DNA of 64,000 bases from the NCBI GenBank assembly GCA_963752595.1, contig CAVVYZ010000019.1, positions 32,001 through 96,000 on the forward strand, given 5' to 3'. The notes beneath the pieces were generated by a model, which saw nothing but the letters and a program-made list of their open reading frames with translations, was not told where the DNA came from and ran no database searches. This DNA comes from an uncultured delta proteobacterium (lineage in GTDB: Bacteria > Desulfobacterota > Desulfomonilia > UBA1062). Made by a program: the position numbers and the translations under genes. This document shows positions 51,942 through 62,894 of the stretch, one piece after another; the first letter of the stretch is position 1; every line of letters starts with the position of its first letter.

Positions 51942-52406
51942 TCAGATCTGCGCATAGAGGTCGATCATCTCGAGCAGGGCCATAGCAGCATCGAAGCCCT
52001 TGTTCCCGGATTTCGTACCTGCGCGCTCAATGGCCTGCTCTATGGTATCGGTAGTGAGGACTCCGAAGATCACCGGGCACGGGGCATCCAAAGACACATG
52101 GGCGACTCCCTTGCTGACCTCTGCCGCCACGTAGTCGAAGTGTGGGGTCGAGCCTCTGATAACGGCACCGAGGCAGATGACGCCGTTCGTCTTCTTGCCC
52201 TCTGCAAGCTTCTTCGCAACCGGTGGGATCTCGAATGCACCGGGGACGCGGATGATCGTGATATCCTTTTCCTCTACGCCGTGCCTTTTCAATGCATCCA
52301 TGGCCCCGTCGATGAGCCTTGCAGTGATGAAATCATTGAACCTGCTCGCAACAATAGAAACCTTCTTGCCCTTGCCGGTCAGTTTTCCTTCAACCATATT
52401 CGCCAT
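51942..52406 (-). CDS. ribH: Lumazine synthase
   Basis: [26 protein letters not shown]. Confidence 0.97.
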   Translation of the reverse strand: MANMVEGKLTGKGKKVSIVASRFNDFITARLIDGAMDALKRHGVEEKDITIIRVPGAFEIPPVAKKLAEGKKTNGVICLGAVIRGSTPHFDYVAAEVSKGVAHVSLDAPCPVIFGVLTTDTIEQAIERAGTKSGNKGFDAAMALLEMIDLYAQI

Positions 52407-53608
52407 TACACGACCTCCAGTATGTGTCCCATCTTTTCTTTCTTGGTCTGCAGATACTTCTTGTTCTCCTCAGTGGGCGGTATCTCTATCGGCACCCGGT
52501 CAACAATCTCGAGGCCGTAACCTTCCAGACCGATGATCTTCTTGGGGTTGTTCGTCATCATCTTCATTTTCTTCACACCGAGGGCCACCAGGATCTGGGC
52601 GCCGATGCCGTAATCCCGCAAGTCCGGGGCGAAGCCGAGCTCCACATTCGCCTCGACCGTGTCGCGGCCTCGCTCCTGGAGGTGGTAGGCCTTGAGCTTG
52701 TTGATCAGGCCGATTCCCCTGCCCTCCTGGCGCATGTAGACGATCACGCCCTTGCCTTCTTCTTCGATCATCTCCATGGCGCGGTGCAGCTGATCGCCGC
52801 AGTCGCAGCGGAGCGAATGGAGCACGTCTCCGGTGAGGCACTCCGAATGCACCCTCACCAGCACCGGCTCTTCAGGGTCGATTTCTCCTTTCACCAACGC
52901 CACGTGTTCCTTGTGGTCGATGTCGTTGTCATAGCCGATGAGATGAAAATTGCCGTAAGGCGTGGGCAGATTCGCCCTGACTACTTCCCTCACCAGGATC
53001 TCATTTTTCATCCGGTAGGCAATGACGTCTGCAATGGTGCAGATCCTTAAGGAGTGCTCTCTTGCAAACACTTCGAGCTGCGGCCTCCTGGCCATGGTCC
53101 CGTCGTCGTTCATGACCTCGCAGATGACGGCGCCCGGTTTCAGGCCAGCCATCCTGCACAGGTCTACCGAACCTTCGGTCTGGCCGGTGCGGACGAGCAC
53201 CCCGCCCTCGCGGGCACGCAAGGGAAACACGTGGCCCGGACGTGCAAGGTCGTCGGCCTTGGCGTCCTCTGCTATGGCGGTGCGGATGGTAATGGCGCGG
53301 TCGGCAGCGGAGATCCCTGTCGTGACCCCCTTCTTCGCCTCGATGGAAATGGTGAAGCCGGTGCCGAACTTGCTTGTATTGTCCCGGACCATGAGCGGGA
53401 GATTGAGCCTGTCTGCGATATGCGAGTCAAGGGCGAGGCAGATGAGGCCCCGCCCGTATTTTGCCATGAAATTGATCGAGTCGGAAGTGACGAATTCCGC
53501 GGCCATGGTGAGGTCTCCCTCGTTCTCACGGCCTTCATCATCCACCAGGATGATCATCCTGCCTTGTTTCAGTTCCTCAATAGCTTCTTCAACGGTGCAC
53601 GTTGGCAT
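52406..53608 (-). CDS. ribBA: Bifunctional DHBP synthase/GTP cyclohydrolase II
   Basis: [40 protein letters not shown]. Confidence 0.97.
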   Translation of the reverse strand: MPTCTVEEAIEELKQGRMIILVDDEGRENEGDLTMAAEFVTSDSINFMAKYGRGLICLALDSHIADRLNLPLMVRDNTSKFGTGFTISIEAKKGVTTGISAADRAITIRTAIAEDAKADDLARPGHVFPLRAREGGVLVRTGQTEGSVDLCRMAGLKPGAVICEVMNDDGTMARRPQLEVFAREHSLRICTIADVIAYRMKNEILVREVVRANLPTPYGNFHLIGYDNDIDHKEHVALVKGEIDPEEPVLVRVHSECLTGDVLHSLRCDCGDQLHRAMEMIEEEGKGVIVYMRQEGRGIGLINKLKAYHLQERGRDTVEANVELGFAPDLRDYGIGAQILVALGVKKMKMMTNNPKKIIGLEGYGLEIVDRVPIEIPPTEENKKYLQTKKEKMGHILEVV

Positions 53609-53619
53609 GGAACTACTCC

Positions 53620-54255
53620 TTATATAAATCCCTGCTTCTTGAGAAGTGCCTCAAGGGTTGAATCATCTTCTCTTTTCAGCAGTCTCTCGACGTATTTACC
53701 GATCACGTCAAATTCGAGGTTCACCCTATCACCGGGTGTTTTGAGTGTCAAGGAAACCGATCGGGCGGTATGGGGAATGATATTGACCTCAAAGGTGTCT
53801 CCCTTGATCTCGTTGACCGTGAGAGACACACCGTCGATGGCGATCGATCCCTTTTCGATGATGTAATGGGAGAACTTTTTGTCGAACCGGAAACTCATCC
53901 GGACAGACTCGCCTGCGCTCCCTTTATCCTGAACGGTTCCCATGCAGTCCACATGGCCGAGCACGAGGTGGCCGCCAAGGCGTCCCGACAAGGTCATGGC
54001 CCGCTCGATATTCACCTTTGCCCCGGGGCGTAAACTGCCCAGGGTGGAACGGGAAACGGTTTCGGCCGATGCGGTCGCCGTGAACCGTGACCCTTCCAGG
54101 GTAGTTGCGGTGAGGCACACCCCATCCACGGCGAAGCTGTCGCCGATTTTATCGTTCTTAAGGTCCATGCCGGTATCGATTGTCAGTTCATAGCCCTGCT
54201 TGAAGGGCCGGATACTCACCACTTTTCCGAGTGCTTCGATGATACCCGTGAACAT
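53620..54255 (-). CDS. ribE: Riboflavin synthase
   Basis: [33 protein letters not shown]. Confidence 0.96.
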   Translation of the reverse strand: MFTGIIEALGKVVSIRPFKQGYELTIDTGMDLKNDKIGDSFAVDGVCLTATTLEGSRFTATASAETVSRSTLGSLRPGAKVNIERAMTLSGRLGGHLVLGHVDCMGTVQDKGSAGESVRMSFRFDKKFSHYIIEKGSIAIDGVSLTVNEIKGDTFEVNIIPHTARSVSLTLKTPGDRVNLEFDVIGKYVERLLKREDDSTLEALLKKQGFI

Positions 54256-55329
54256 CTATTCCTCCAGATGAGCGGTTATGAGCACATCGCTCCCGATAGT
54301 TCTCGCCTCCGATATCACAAGGGGCAAAGATTCTGCAACCGTATCGGGCGGTTTCCAGGATACGATGGGGACGCCTCCGCCCAGGAGCCTCGGCGCAACG
54401 AAGATGAGCAGCTCGTCGAAGAGGCGCGACCGGATAAGGCTCGAAAGGATGGCGCTTCCTCCCTCCACGAGAACCGAGTGCAGGCCCTTTTCGCCCAAGA
54501 TCTTAAGAATGTCTTCCCAGAGGAAATGGCCGTCCGGGCCTATCGGAAGCCGGATGACCCGTACCCCGCTCTTTACGACACCCGGCCTGCTCTGCGGATC
54601 GGCTGCGGTGAGCACCACGGCGCTGTCTCCCAGGCACTTCGCCTTTTCCGGAATCGCATACCGGGGGTCGATAATGACCCGCAAGGGATCCCTTCCACCC
54701 CGGACACGGCAGGTGAGGAGCGGATCGTCCCGGGTAACCGTGCCGATGCCCACGAGGATGGCATCCACCTGGTTCCTGAGCTCGTGCACATAGAGCCTGG
54801 ATGCCTCGGAGCTGATCCACTTCGAGTCGCCGGAGGGGGCGGCGATCCTGCCGTCGAGCGTCATGGCTGCCTTGGCGATCACGAAGGGCTTTTTCTGCTC
54901 CATCCATTTTGCATACCAGGAGATGAGCTTGTCGGTCTCTTTCCTGGCTGTTCCGACCACGACCTTGACCCCGTTCTCCCGTAAGATCCGTATGCCCGAA
55001 CCTTGAACCACGGGATTGGGATCCACGCTGCCCACCACGACCCGTGCAATGCCTGCCTCGAGGACGGCTTTTACGCAGGGTGGGGTCTTGCCGTAGTGGG
55101 AGCAGGGCTCCAGGGTAACATAGAGGGTAGCGCCCCTGGCATCCTCAGAAGCTGCATTGAGCGCGAACACCTCGGCATGGGGAAGGCCTGCCCGGGGGTG
55201 GAATCCTTCGCCGATAACGTGTCCGTCCTTGACGACGACCGCACCGACCGGAGGATTGGGCGCCGTCCTGCCCAGGCCTTTCCGCGCCAGCGTAACGGCC
55301 CGCCGCATGTACCGGGAATCGCCCTTCAT
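54256..55329 (-). CDS. ribD: Riboflavin deaminase/reductase
   Basis: [30 protein letters not shown]. Confidence 0.96.
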   Translation of the reverse strand: MKGDSRYMRRAVTLARKGLGRTAPNPPVGAVVVKDGHVIGEGFHPRAGLPHAEVFALNAASEDARGATLYVTLEPCSHYGKTPPCVKAVLEAGIARVVVGSVDPNPVVQGSGIRILRENGVKVVVGTARKETDKLISWYAKWMEQKKPFVIAKAAMTLDGRIAAPSGDSKWISSEASRLYVHELRNQVDAILVGIGTVTRDDPLLTCRVRGGRDPLRVIIDPRYAIPEKAKCLGDSAVVLTAADPQSRPGVVKSGVRVIRLPIGPDGHFLWEDILKILGEKGLHSVLVEGGSAILSSLIRSRLFDELLIFVAPRLLGGGVPIVSWKPPDTVAESLPLVISEARTIGSDVLITAHLEE

Positions 55330-55782
55330 GGCTTTTTGTCACCGAAGCCCTGGATCTCGTCGACGAAATCCCTCACATCCTTGAACTCGCGGTACACGGA
55401 AGCAAACCGCACATACGCAACAGGTCGAGGCGGTGAAGGGCTTCCATGACCTTTTCCCCGATGTAGGAAGAAGGGACCTCGCGGTCCCATTTAGCTTGGA
55501 TATCGTGGATGATCGAGTCCTTGACCGACTCGATTTCCTCAATGCTCACGGGCCTTTTTTCACATGCGGTGGTGATGCCGGAGATCACCTTTTGGGGTCG
55601 AAGGCCTCTCTCCTGCCATCTTTTTTGATCACCATCGGCACCGATTCCTCGACCTTTTCATAGGTGGTGAACCGGTACGCGCACTTGATGCATTCCCGCC
55701 TGCGCCGAATGGAGCAGCCATCCCGGCTTATCCTGGACTGGATAACCTTGTCTTCAAGCCCAGAACATCTGGGACAGCGCAT
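55326..55782 (-). CDS. nrdR: Transcriptional repressor NrdR (frameshifted)
   Basis: [39 protein letters not shown]. Confidence 0.92.
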
Positions 55783-55785
55783 GTA

Positions 55786-57043
55786 TTACCCCAAATCCCG
55801 GTAGATCGGGAACTGGTCCGGAGAGGGCTCCGACCTTCTTCCTCACCTTCTCGATCACCGCTTCGTCGCCCTTGGCGTCGACGACCCTGGCGATAAACGA
55901 TGCCACCTGCTCCATCTGGGCTTCCTTCATGCCCCGCGTGGTGAGCGCGGGCGTGCCCGAGGCGGATGCCGGAGGTGACGAACGGGCTCTTGGTCTCGAA
56001 GGGGATGGTGTTCTTGTTGACCGTGATCCAGGCCTTGTCAAGGAACGCCTCGGCATCCTTGCCCGTGATGTCCTTGTTGGTGAGGTCCACGAGCATGAGG
56101 TGGTTGTCCGTGCCGCCGGAAACGAGGGCGAAGCCGCGGGCCATCAGAGCCGTCGGCCATGGCCTGCGCGTTCTTGATGATCTGCTGCTGGTAGGCCTTG
56201 AACTCGGGCGTCAGGGCCTCTTTGAGCGCCACGGCCTTGGCGGCGATGACGTGCATGAGCGGGCCGCCCTGCATGCCGGGGAACACCCTGGAGTTGAGCG
56301 TCTTGGCATGCTCTTCCTTGCACAGGATCAAGCCGCCCCGCGGCCCGCGCAAGGTCTTGTGGGTCGTGGTGGTGACGAAGTCGGCGTAGGGCACCGGGCT
56401 CGGGTGAAGGCCGGCGGCGACCAGGCCGGCGATGTGGGCCATGTCCACCATGAAGTAGGCGCCCACCTCGTCGGCGATCTCGCTGAAGAGCTTGAAATCG
56501 ATGATCCGGGGATAGGCGCTGGCGCCGGCGATGATGAGCTTGGGCTTGTGCTTCTTGGCCAGGTCGCGCACCTCGTCGTAGTCGATGCGGTGCGGTGTCC
56601 TGCCGGACGCCGTAGGCAACGACGTTGTAGAGCTTGCCCGAGAAGTTCACCGGGCGCCCATGGAGAGGTGGCCGCCGTGGGGCAGGTTCATGCCCGAGAT
56701 ACGTGTCGCCCGGCTGGAGGATGGCTGAAGTAGACCGCCATGTTGGCCTGGGAGCCGGAATGGGGCTGGACATTGGCATGGTCCGCCCCGAAGAGCTTCT
56801 TGGCCCGCTCGATGGCGAGGTCTCTCGGCCACGTCCACATACTCGCAGCCGCCGTAGTAGCGCTTTCCGGGGTAGCCTTCGGCGTACTTGTTGGTCATGA
56901 CGCTGCCCTGGGCTTCCAGCACGGCCTCGGCAGACGAAATTCTCGGAGGCGATGAGCTCGAGCTTGTTCCGCTGGCGGCCCAGTTCATCCATGATGGCTT
57001 TGTAGACTTCCGGATCGGTTTTTTTCAGGTTTTCCATATTCAT
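55786..57043 (-). CDS. glyA: Serine hydroxymethyltransferase (several frameshifts)
   Basis: [44 protein letters not shown]. Confidence 0.95.
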
Positions 57044-57518
57044 AGCTTGATCTCCTCTCGATTAGATCTGTGATCTTTTTTGTCACCCGGCTTAAATCCT
57101 CGATCTTGTTCAGCCGCTGGGTGCCTTCCGCCCTCGAAATCCGTCCTGAGCCAGATCTCCACGATATCCTGGGCAATGGCGGGCCCGAGGACCCTTCCTC
57201 CCAGGATCAGGCAGTTCGAGTCATTGTGCATGCGGACATGCGTGCGGAAAAGGCATCGTCGCAGAGCGTTCCCCGAACGCCCGGGATCCGGTTGGCGCAG
57301 ATGGACATGCCGATCCCGGTCCCGCAGATGAGCACGATGCGGTCGCACCCGCCTTTGAGGAGCATGGATCCAGGGCCTTGACGGCATAATCCGGGTAATC
57401 GACGGAGTCGGGAGTGTCCGTACCCAGATCGATCACTTCGCAGTTGTGCTTTGTCAGGGTCTCTATTACGGCCCTTTCAGCGCAGACCGCCATGGTCGCA
57501 GGCAAGTGCGATTCGCAT
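57040..57518 (-). CDS. rpiB: Ribose-5-phosphate isomerase B (frameshifted)
   Basis: [37 protein letters not shown]. Confidence 0.9.
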
Positions 57519-57521
57519 TCT

Positions 57522-58752
57522 CTATCCTTTCCCGAATCATCAAGGATACGTTCTGACCGCCGAAGCCGAAGGAATTGTTCAGGCAGTATGATACCTCGGC
57601 GCGTAACAGCCTTGTTGGGTATATAATTCAGATCGCATTCAGGGTCAGGATTGTCAAGGTTGATGGTGGGCGGAGATGGAGCCGTGCTGCATGGCAAGGA
57701 TGCAGATTACGGCCTCCAGGCTTGCCGCCCCGCCGATGAGGTGGCCGGTCATGGATTTGGTGGAGCTGATGGGGACTGAGCTTGCATGATCGCCGAATAC
57801 CTTTTTGACGGCAAGCGTCTCGATCTTGTCATTGAGCTGGGTGGAGGTACCGTGGGCATTGATATATCCGATATCGGAAGGCGCTATGCCCGCATCCCGT
57901 ATCGCTTTCTCAATGGCGTACACTACCGCTGTACCTTCAGGGTCCGGCGCGACCATGTGGTAGGCATCCACGCTCATGCCGATGCCCTTAGAGCACCGCA
58001 AGGATCTCTGCACCCCTGGCATGTGCCTTGTCATAGTCTTCCAGCACGAGGACTGCCCCGCCTTCGGACATGACGAAGCCGTCCCGATCGATGGAGAAGG
58101 GGCGGCTCGCCTTCCTCGGCTCGTCGTTTCTGGTGGAAAGCGCCCTCATGGAAGCGAATGCCGCGATGGAAAACGGTGTAAGGCACGCCTCCACGCCTCC
58201 TGCCACCATGCAGTCGGCATCGCCTGCCTGGATAAGCCGGGTTGCGATGGCGATGGCATGGCCTCCGGTTGCGCATGCGGACGAGAGGCTGAAACCGGGA
58301 CCCTTTGCCTGGATTCTCTTGGCGAGCTCTGCAGGACCTGTGTTCGTGATGAACATGGGGACGGTCATGGGCGAGACCCTCCGGGCCCCGCGGGTATGGA
58401 AAATGTTCATCTGCTCTTCGATGGTAGCCATTCCGCCTGAACCGGAGCCGATGAGCACGCCGATCCTGTAGCCGGGATACGTATCAGGCGTCAGGCGTGC
58501 GTGCCGGTATGCATCGAGACCGGCAGTGAAAGCCATCTGGGAATACCGGTCCATGTGGCGCAGTTCTTTGTTCCCCAGGTACCGGCCCGGATCGAACCCT
58601 GCAGCTCTCCCACCGAAAGTGACCGGCAGCTCGGAAAATTCCTGAACTGAGTCTATGCCTGAATTTCCTTGTACGAGGTTATCCCAGAGGGTCCTGGTAT
58701 CGCTGCCGAGAGGGGATACTACACCTATTCCGGTGATAGCGATCTGCTTCAT
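57522..58752 (-). CDS. fabF: Beta-ketoacyl-ACP synthase II (frameshifted)
   Basis: ITGIGVVSPLG, SACATG, DRDGFVM, NAHGTST, GHLIG, NSFGFGG. Confidence 0.93.
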
Positions 58753-58759
58753 GCAGGAA

Positions 58760-58993
58760 TCATAGCTTTGATTTGACGTAATTGATGGCATCCTTTACAA
58801 ACTTGATTTTTTCAGCCTCCTCATCGGGAATCTCAATGTTGAATTCCTCTTCCACGGTCATGATGAGCTCGACCAGGTCAAGGGAGTCTGCACCGAGATC
58901 ATCGGCAAAGGACATCTCGGCCGTGATGTCGGCGACATCCTTGTCCAGCTGCTCCGCGATAAGCTCAATGATGCGTTGTGCAACATCTACCAT
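58760..58993 (-). CDS. acpP: Acyl carrier protein
   Basis: [12 protein letters not shown]. Confidence 0.97.
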   Translation of the reverse strand: MVDVAQRIIELIAEQLDKDVADITAEMSFADDLGADSLDLVELIMTVEEEFNIEIPDEEAEKIKFVKDAINYVKSKL

Positions 58994-59036
58994 GAATACA
59001 GTCCTCCTTTATCTTTCTATAGCCTCTTCGTAAGAA

Positions 59037-59778
59037 TCATGTATAAAGCCCGCCATCAATAATGAGAACCTGACCCGTGATATAAGAGCTCAAATCAGAA
59101 CAGAGAAAGGCAACCGCCCCCGCGACATCGCCCGGACTACCGATCCGCCTCAGCGGGATCTGCCCGACCAGATGGGCCTGCATCCATACCCCTGGTCATA
59201 TCGGTTTCAACCAGACCCGGCGCCACGGCATTCACGAGTATCCCCTTCGGTCCCAGCTCTTTCGCAAGGCTCTTGGTAAAGCCGATGAGCCCTGCCTTGG
59301 TTGCGGCATACACGCTCTGCCCCGCATTGCCACCCAAACCAACAATGGAAGAAATATTTACAATTCTTCCACACTTCTGCTTTAGCATAGAACGCGAAGC
59401 GTGAAAAGAACATAAAATTGAACCCTTAAGATTTACACTTACCATGTCGTCAATATCGCTGCTTTTTACCCTGAGCAGGAGGCCGTCCTTTGACATGCCT
59501 GCATTGTTCACCAGGATATCGAGACGGCCGTGACGGCTCACGATATCCTGGAATGCCTGCTTCACCTGTTCCTCACCGGTGATATCGAAGCACAAGGCCT
59601 CGGCGCTCCCGCCCGAACCCTGGATGGAACGCACCACCTCTTCGGCCTTGTCTTTATTTTCCCGGTAATTCACCACCACATGGGCACCGCAGGATGCAAG
59701 CGCTGCTGCGATGGAAGCGCCGATCCCCCGGGATGCGCCCGTGACCAGGGCAATTTTGTTTTTGAGATCAATGACCAT
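59037..59778 (-). CDS. fabG: 3-oxoacyl-ACP reductase (frameshift near 3' end)
   Basis: [24 protein letters not shown]; tail [12 protein letters not shown] in another frame. Confidence 0.93.
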
Positions 59779-60622
59779 AGGCGGTTATTACCTCCACGCG
59801 TGCATCCGGGACGATCTTCCTGACCATGGGTGCGAGCACGGATTTCGGCCCGATCTCGATGAAACGGTCGATCCCTTTTGCGGCTGCGTATCTGACGGAT
59901 TTCTCCCACTGGACCGATGAGACGAGCTGATCGGCCAGGAGATCTTTGATTTTCTCCGGAGCTGATTCTTCTCCGGCAACAGCGTTGAAAACCATGCGGG
60001 TTTTTGGGCTTTGTATGCGGACGCTTTTCAGATATTCCCGCAAGGATTTCCGGGCCGGCTCCATGAACGGGCAGTGCGACGAAACGGCCACGTTCAAGGG
60101 GATAATCTTTTTGGCCCCCTTTTCTTTCAGCAACGGGGCGGCTTTTTGCATTGCGGATGCGGTGCCGGAAATCACGATCTGTGAGTTGGTGTTGATATTG
60201 GCTACCCAGACGCCGTCCAGCGCCTCAAGCACTTCAGATACACCGTCGGCGGACAATCCCAGCACGGCAGCCATGGCGCCTTCTCCCTGAGCCATGGCGT
60301 TTTCCATGGCAGACGCCCTGGCACTGACCAGTGTGTAGCATTCCTGCAGAGAGAGTGCGCCCGAGGCTACGAGGGCCATATATTCGCCGAGGCTGTGGCC
60401 CATTACCAGTGCAGGGGTATTTAACGCGCAGGAATCCCAGAGAGCTGCAGTAACCGCGAACACAGCCTTCTGAGCATTGATTGTTTGTGTAAGTATGTCT
60501 TCCGGGCCTTCTGCCATGAGGCTGATGAGGGCATCATCACCGATCCAGTTCAGGTCGAGCCCCACCGACATACCCGGGAATTGAGTACCTTGACCTGGGA
60601 ATATCAGGCAATACGGCATCAC
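59768..60622 (-). CDS. fabD: Malonyl-CoA:ACP transacylase
   Basis: FPGQG, GHSLGEY, SSHC, EIGP. Confidence 0.94.
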   Translation of the reverse strand: MMPYCLIFPGQGTQFPGMSVGLDLNWIGDDALISLMAEGPEDILTQTINAQKAVFAVTAALWDSCALNTPALVMGHSLGEYMALVASGALSLQECYTLVSARASAMENAMAQGEGAMAAVLGLSADGVSEVLEALDGVWVANINTNSQIVISGTASAMQKAAPLLKEKGAKKIIPLNVAVSSHCPFMEPARKSLREYLKSVRIQSPKTRMVFNAVAGEESAPEKIKDLLADQLVSSVQWEKSVRYAAAKGIDRFIEIGPKSVLAPMVRKIVPDARVEVITAYGH

Positions 60623-60631
60623 ATACCTTTA

Positions 60632-60814
60632 TCAGGATTCAGAGACCTTGATCACCTCTTTGCCGTTGTAGTATCCGCAGGCTTTGCAGATCCTGTGCGG
60701 GGACTTGGGCTCCTTGCAGTTGGGGCAGAAGGATGACGCGGGTGCGTCGATCGCATCATGTGCTCTGCGCTTGTCTCTTCTTGTTCCTGAGTGTCTCCTC
60801 TTTGGTAAGGGCAT
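60632..60814 (-). CDS. rpmF: 50S ribosomal protein L32
   Basis: PKRRHS..RRDKRRAH, CPNC..PHRICKACGYY. Confidence 0.96.
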   Translation of the reverse strand: MPLPKRRHSGTRRDKRRAHDAIDAPASSFCPNCKEPKSPHRICKACGYYNGKEVIKVSES

Positions 60815-60818
60815 TGCT

Positions 60819-61379
60819 TTACTTCCTCCTGATCTTATCTTTGAGATCCCCTAATTTCTGCATCCTGGGATCTACCGGCGTTTCACAGCGGCACTCTTCC
60901 CGGTTGAGATTAGCCCCGCATCCGGGGCAGAGGCCTTTGCATTCTTCGTTGCATATATACCGGATGGGCAAAGCCAGAACCAGCTCGGAAACAATGTAAT
61001 CGCCTAAGCGGACATTCTTCCGGTAATATCCGGTCTCACTGCTCGACCTTTCTGCCTCAAGATCTTTGGCCATCTCCGGCAGCGCAGGTATATAGTCGGT
61101 ATCGAGATGAAGTTCCACCTTGTGGGTCATGGGCTCCAGGCACCTCGAGCAGAACGTATCAACCTCTCCGTGGATGTCCACATCGGCGTGGATGGTATCC
61201 GAACCCTCTTCCCGCTCCACTACGTAATGAACGTGAAAGGGCTTGGAGACCTTCAGGTCCTCGTCCTTGAAGACCTCGCTCATGACCTCGGGCGAGATGG
61301 AGACCTCGTTTTCGATCCCTGCCTCCGGAATTGTCTCCGGGGCGATAATGATATCTTCCAAACGCTTTATCTTTTCCAC
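60819..61379 (-). CDS. yceD: DUF177/YceD family protein
   Basis: CSRCL, C.EECKGLCPGCG.NLN...C.C, DPR; upstream of rpmF. Confidence 0.92.
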   Translation of the reverse strand: MEKIKRLEDIIIAPETIPEAGIENEVSISPEVMSEVFKDEDLKVSKPFHVHYVVEREEGSDTIHADVDIHGEVDTFCSRCLEPMTHKVELHLDTDYIPALPEMAKDLEAERSSSETGYYRKNVRLGDYIVSELVLALPIRYICNEECKGLCPGCGANLNREECRCETPVDPRMQKLGDLKDKIRRK

Positions 61380-61505
61380 AATTCACAAGCTACTATTTCA
61401 TAGTTGGGAGTTTGTCAAGAAGACATGCTTCGTAGGAAGAAGAAAATATATCCAATGGCTATGAAGTATTGACACGACCACCAGGGGCGTATAGGGATAG
61501 TTCAC

Positions 61506-62414
61506 ATGAATATCGGAATTACTGCGTGGCTCGACGGACAATTCATCGATTGCTCCCAGGCGACTGTCCCCCTCCTCTCCCACAGCTTCAGCAGGGGCTC
61601 CGGCGTTTTCGAGGTCATGGCGGTCACGTCCGCGATCAAAGGTCCTGCCTTCTTCTGTCTTCAGGAACACGTGGAACGGTTCTTTTACAGCGCCGAGCAG
61701 GCCTACATGGAGCTTCCCTATACGAAAGAGGCCATCACGAAAGCCCTCACCGAGCTTGCGCGGAAAAACTCCGTAAAGAACGGCCTCGCAAAATTCTATG
61801 CCTACTACCCGGACATCGAGCTCGGCACGACGCCATCGAATCATATCTCGGTCGCCATCTTCTGCCTTGATTATTCCCATCCGGGCATCAGGTGGCACAC
61901 GCCCAGTGAGAGCGTGACCGTGGGCATCTCCAAGTACCGCAAGCTGCATCCGTTAACCACCTCGGTCCACGCAAAGGTTGCCGGGAATTATGTGAACGGA
62001 TACCTGGCCCGCATGGAGATCAAGCGCAGGGGCTTTGACGACGTGCTCATGCTGGATACGAACGGTTTCGTCGCAGAAGGACCGACCTCCAATATCTTCC
62101 TCATCAGGGGCACGAGCGTAGAGACACCCACTATCGAAAGTGTGCTGCCCGGCATCACCAGGAGGGTGATCATGGAGATCCTCGACGACATGGGATATCC
62201 GGAAAAGGAATCCCACATCCGACCCGAAGACCTTCAGAAGTATGAGGAAGCCTTCTTTTCCGGCACCCTGAACCCGGTCCTGCCCATCGCACGGATCGAG
62301 AACAAGGAGTTTACCTGCCCCGGCCCCATGACGCGCGAGATCCAAAGCCGGATGAAAGAAGTGCTGGCCGGAAAATCCCAGCGGTACGAAAAGTTCCTGA
62401 CCTATATTTTATAA
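61506..62414 (+). CDS. Class IV PLP aminotransferase (branched-chain type)
   Basis: GVFE, AKVAGNY, EGPTSNIF, LPGITR. Confidence 0.88.
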   Translation: MNIGITAWLDGQFIDCSQATVPLLSHSFSRGSGVFEVMAVTSAIKGPAFFCLQEHVERFFYSAEQAYMELPYTKEAITKALTELARKNSVKNGLAKFYAYYPDIELGTTPSNHISVAIFCLDYSHPGIRWHTPSESVTVGISKYRKLHPLTTSVHAKVAGNYVNGYLARMEIKRRGFDDVLMLDTNGFVAEGPTSNIFLIRGTSVETPTIESVLPGITRRVIMEILDDMGYPEKESHIRPEDLQKYEEAFFSGTLNPVLPIARIENKEFTCPGPMTREIQSRMKEVLAGKSQRYEKFLTYIL

Positions 62415-62587
62415 AGAAGCCGGTATCTTTAAATTATAAGAATCGTACCGGACAGGCCTTTTCCCTTATCACCGAAGCGAGTGTTTCGATTTAAAAATGC
62501 TTGAGCAAGAACCGTTGAGCCCCTGATTATCCAGGCCTATTACCTCTTGACAACCGTCCGCAATCGTCATAGATACTTTTTTCATGT

Positions 62588-62663
62588 TCCTCGGTAGCTC
62601 AATTGGCAGAGCGGGTGACTGTTAATCACTAGGTTGCAGGTTCAAGTCCTGCCCGGGGAGCCA
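62588..62663 (+). tRNA. tRNA-Asn (GTT)
   Basis: Acceptor TCCTCGG/CCGGGGA, anticodon loop CTGTTAA, GGTTCAAGTCC T-arm, encoded CCA; TTGACA at 62547. Confidence 0.97.
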
Positions 62664-62894
62664 AATTCTTTTGGTTACGGGTTCTGCCCTTTCTTCTCCC
62701 TCGCTCCATTTTTTATTCAATGCATGATGTCTCACAGGCTCATCAGTACAGTTCCCCACCCAAGCGAACCGTTATTCGGATCTGAGGCGCGATAGCATAT
62801 TTACCTGTACCTGTATCAGACTGTCCCATTGTACCCATTTGGCGCTATCCGATCATCCCGAAGAATCACTTGTATCTTTCGCCATGAAAGACTT

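Noticed and set aside
51508-55329. FMN riboswitch ahead of rib genes
   Set aside because: The rib genes directly overlap or abut nrdR within a long operon; there is no leader space or RFN consensus.
565-59778. Widespread pseudogenisation or programmed frameshifting
   Set aside because: Breaks also hit normally essential genes (fabF, fabG, glyA), and several fall in homopolymer runs; sequencing error is the simpler explanation.
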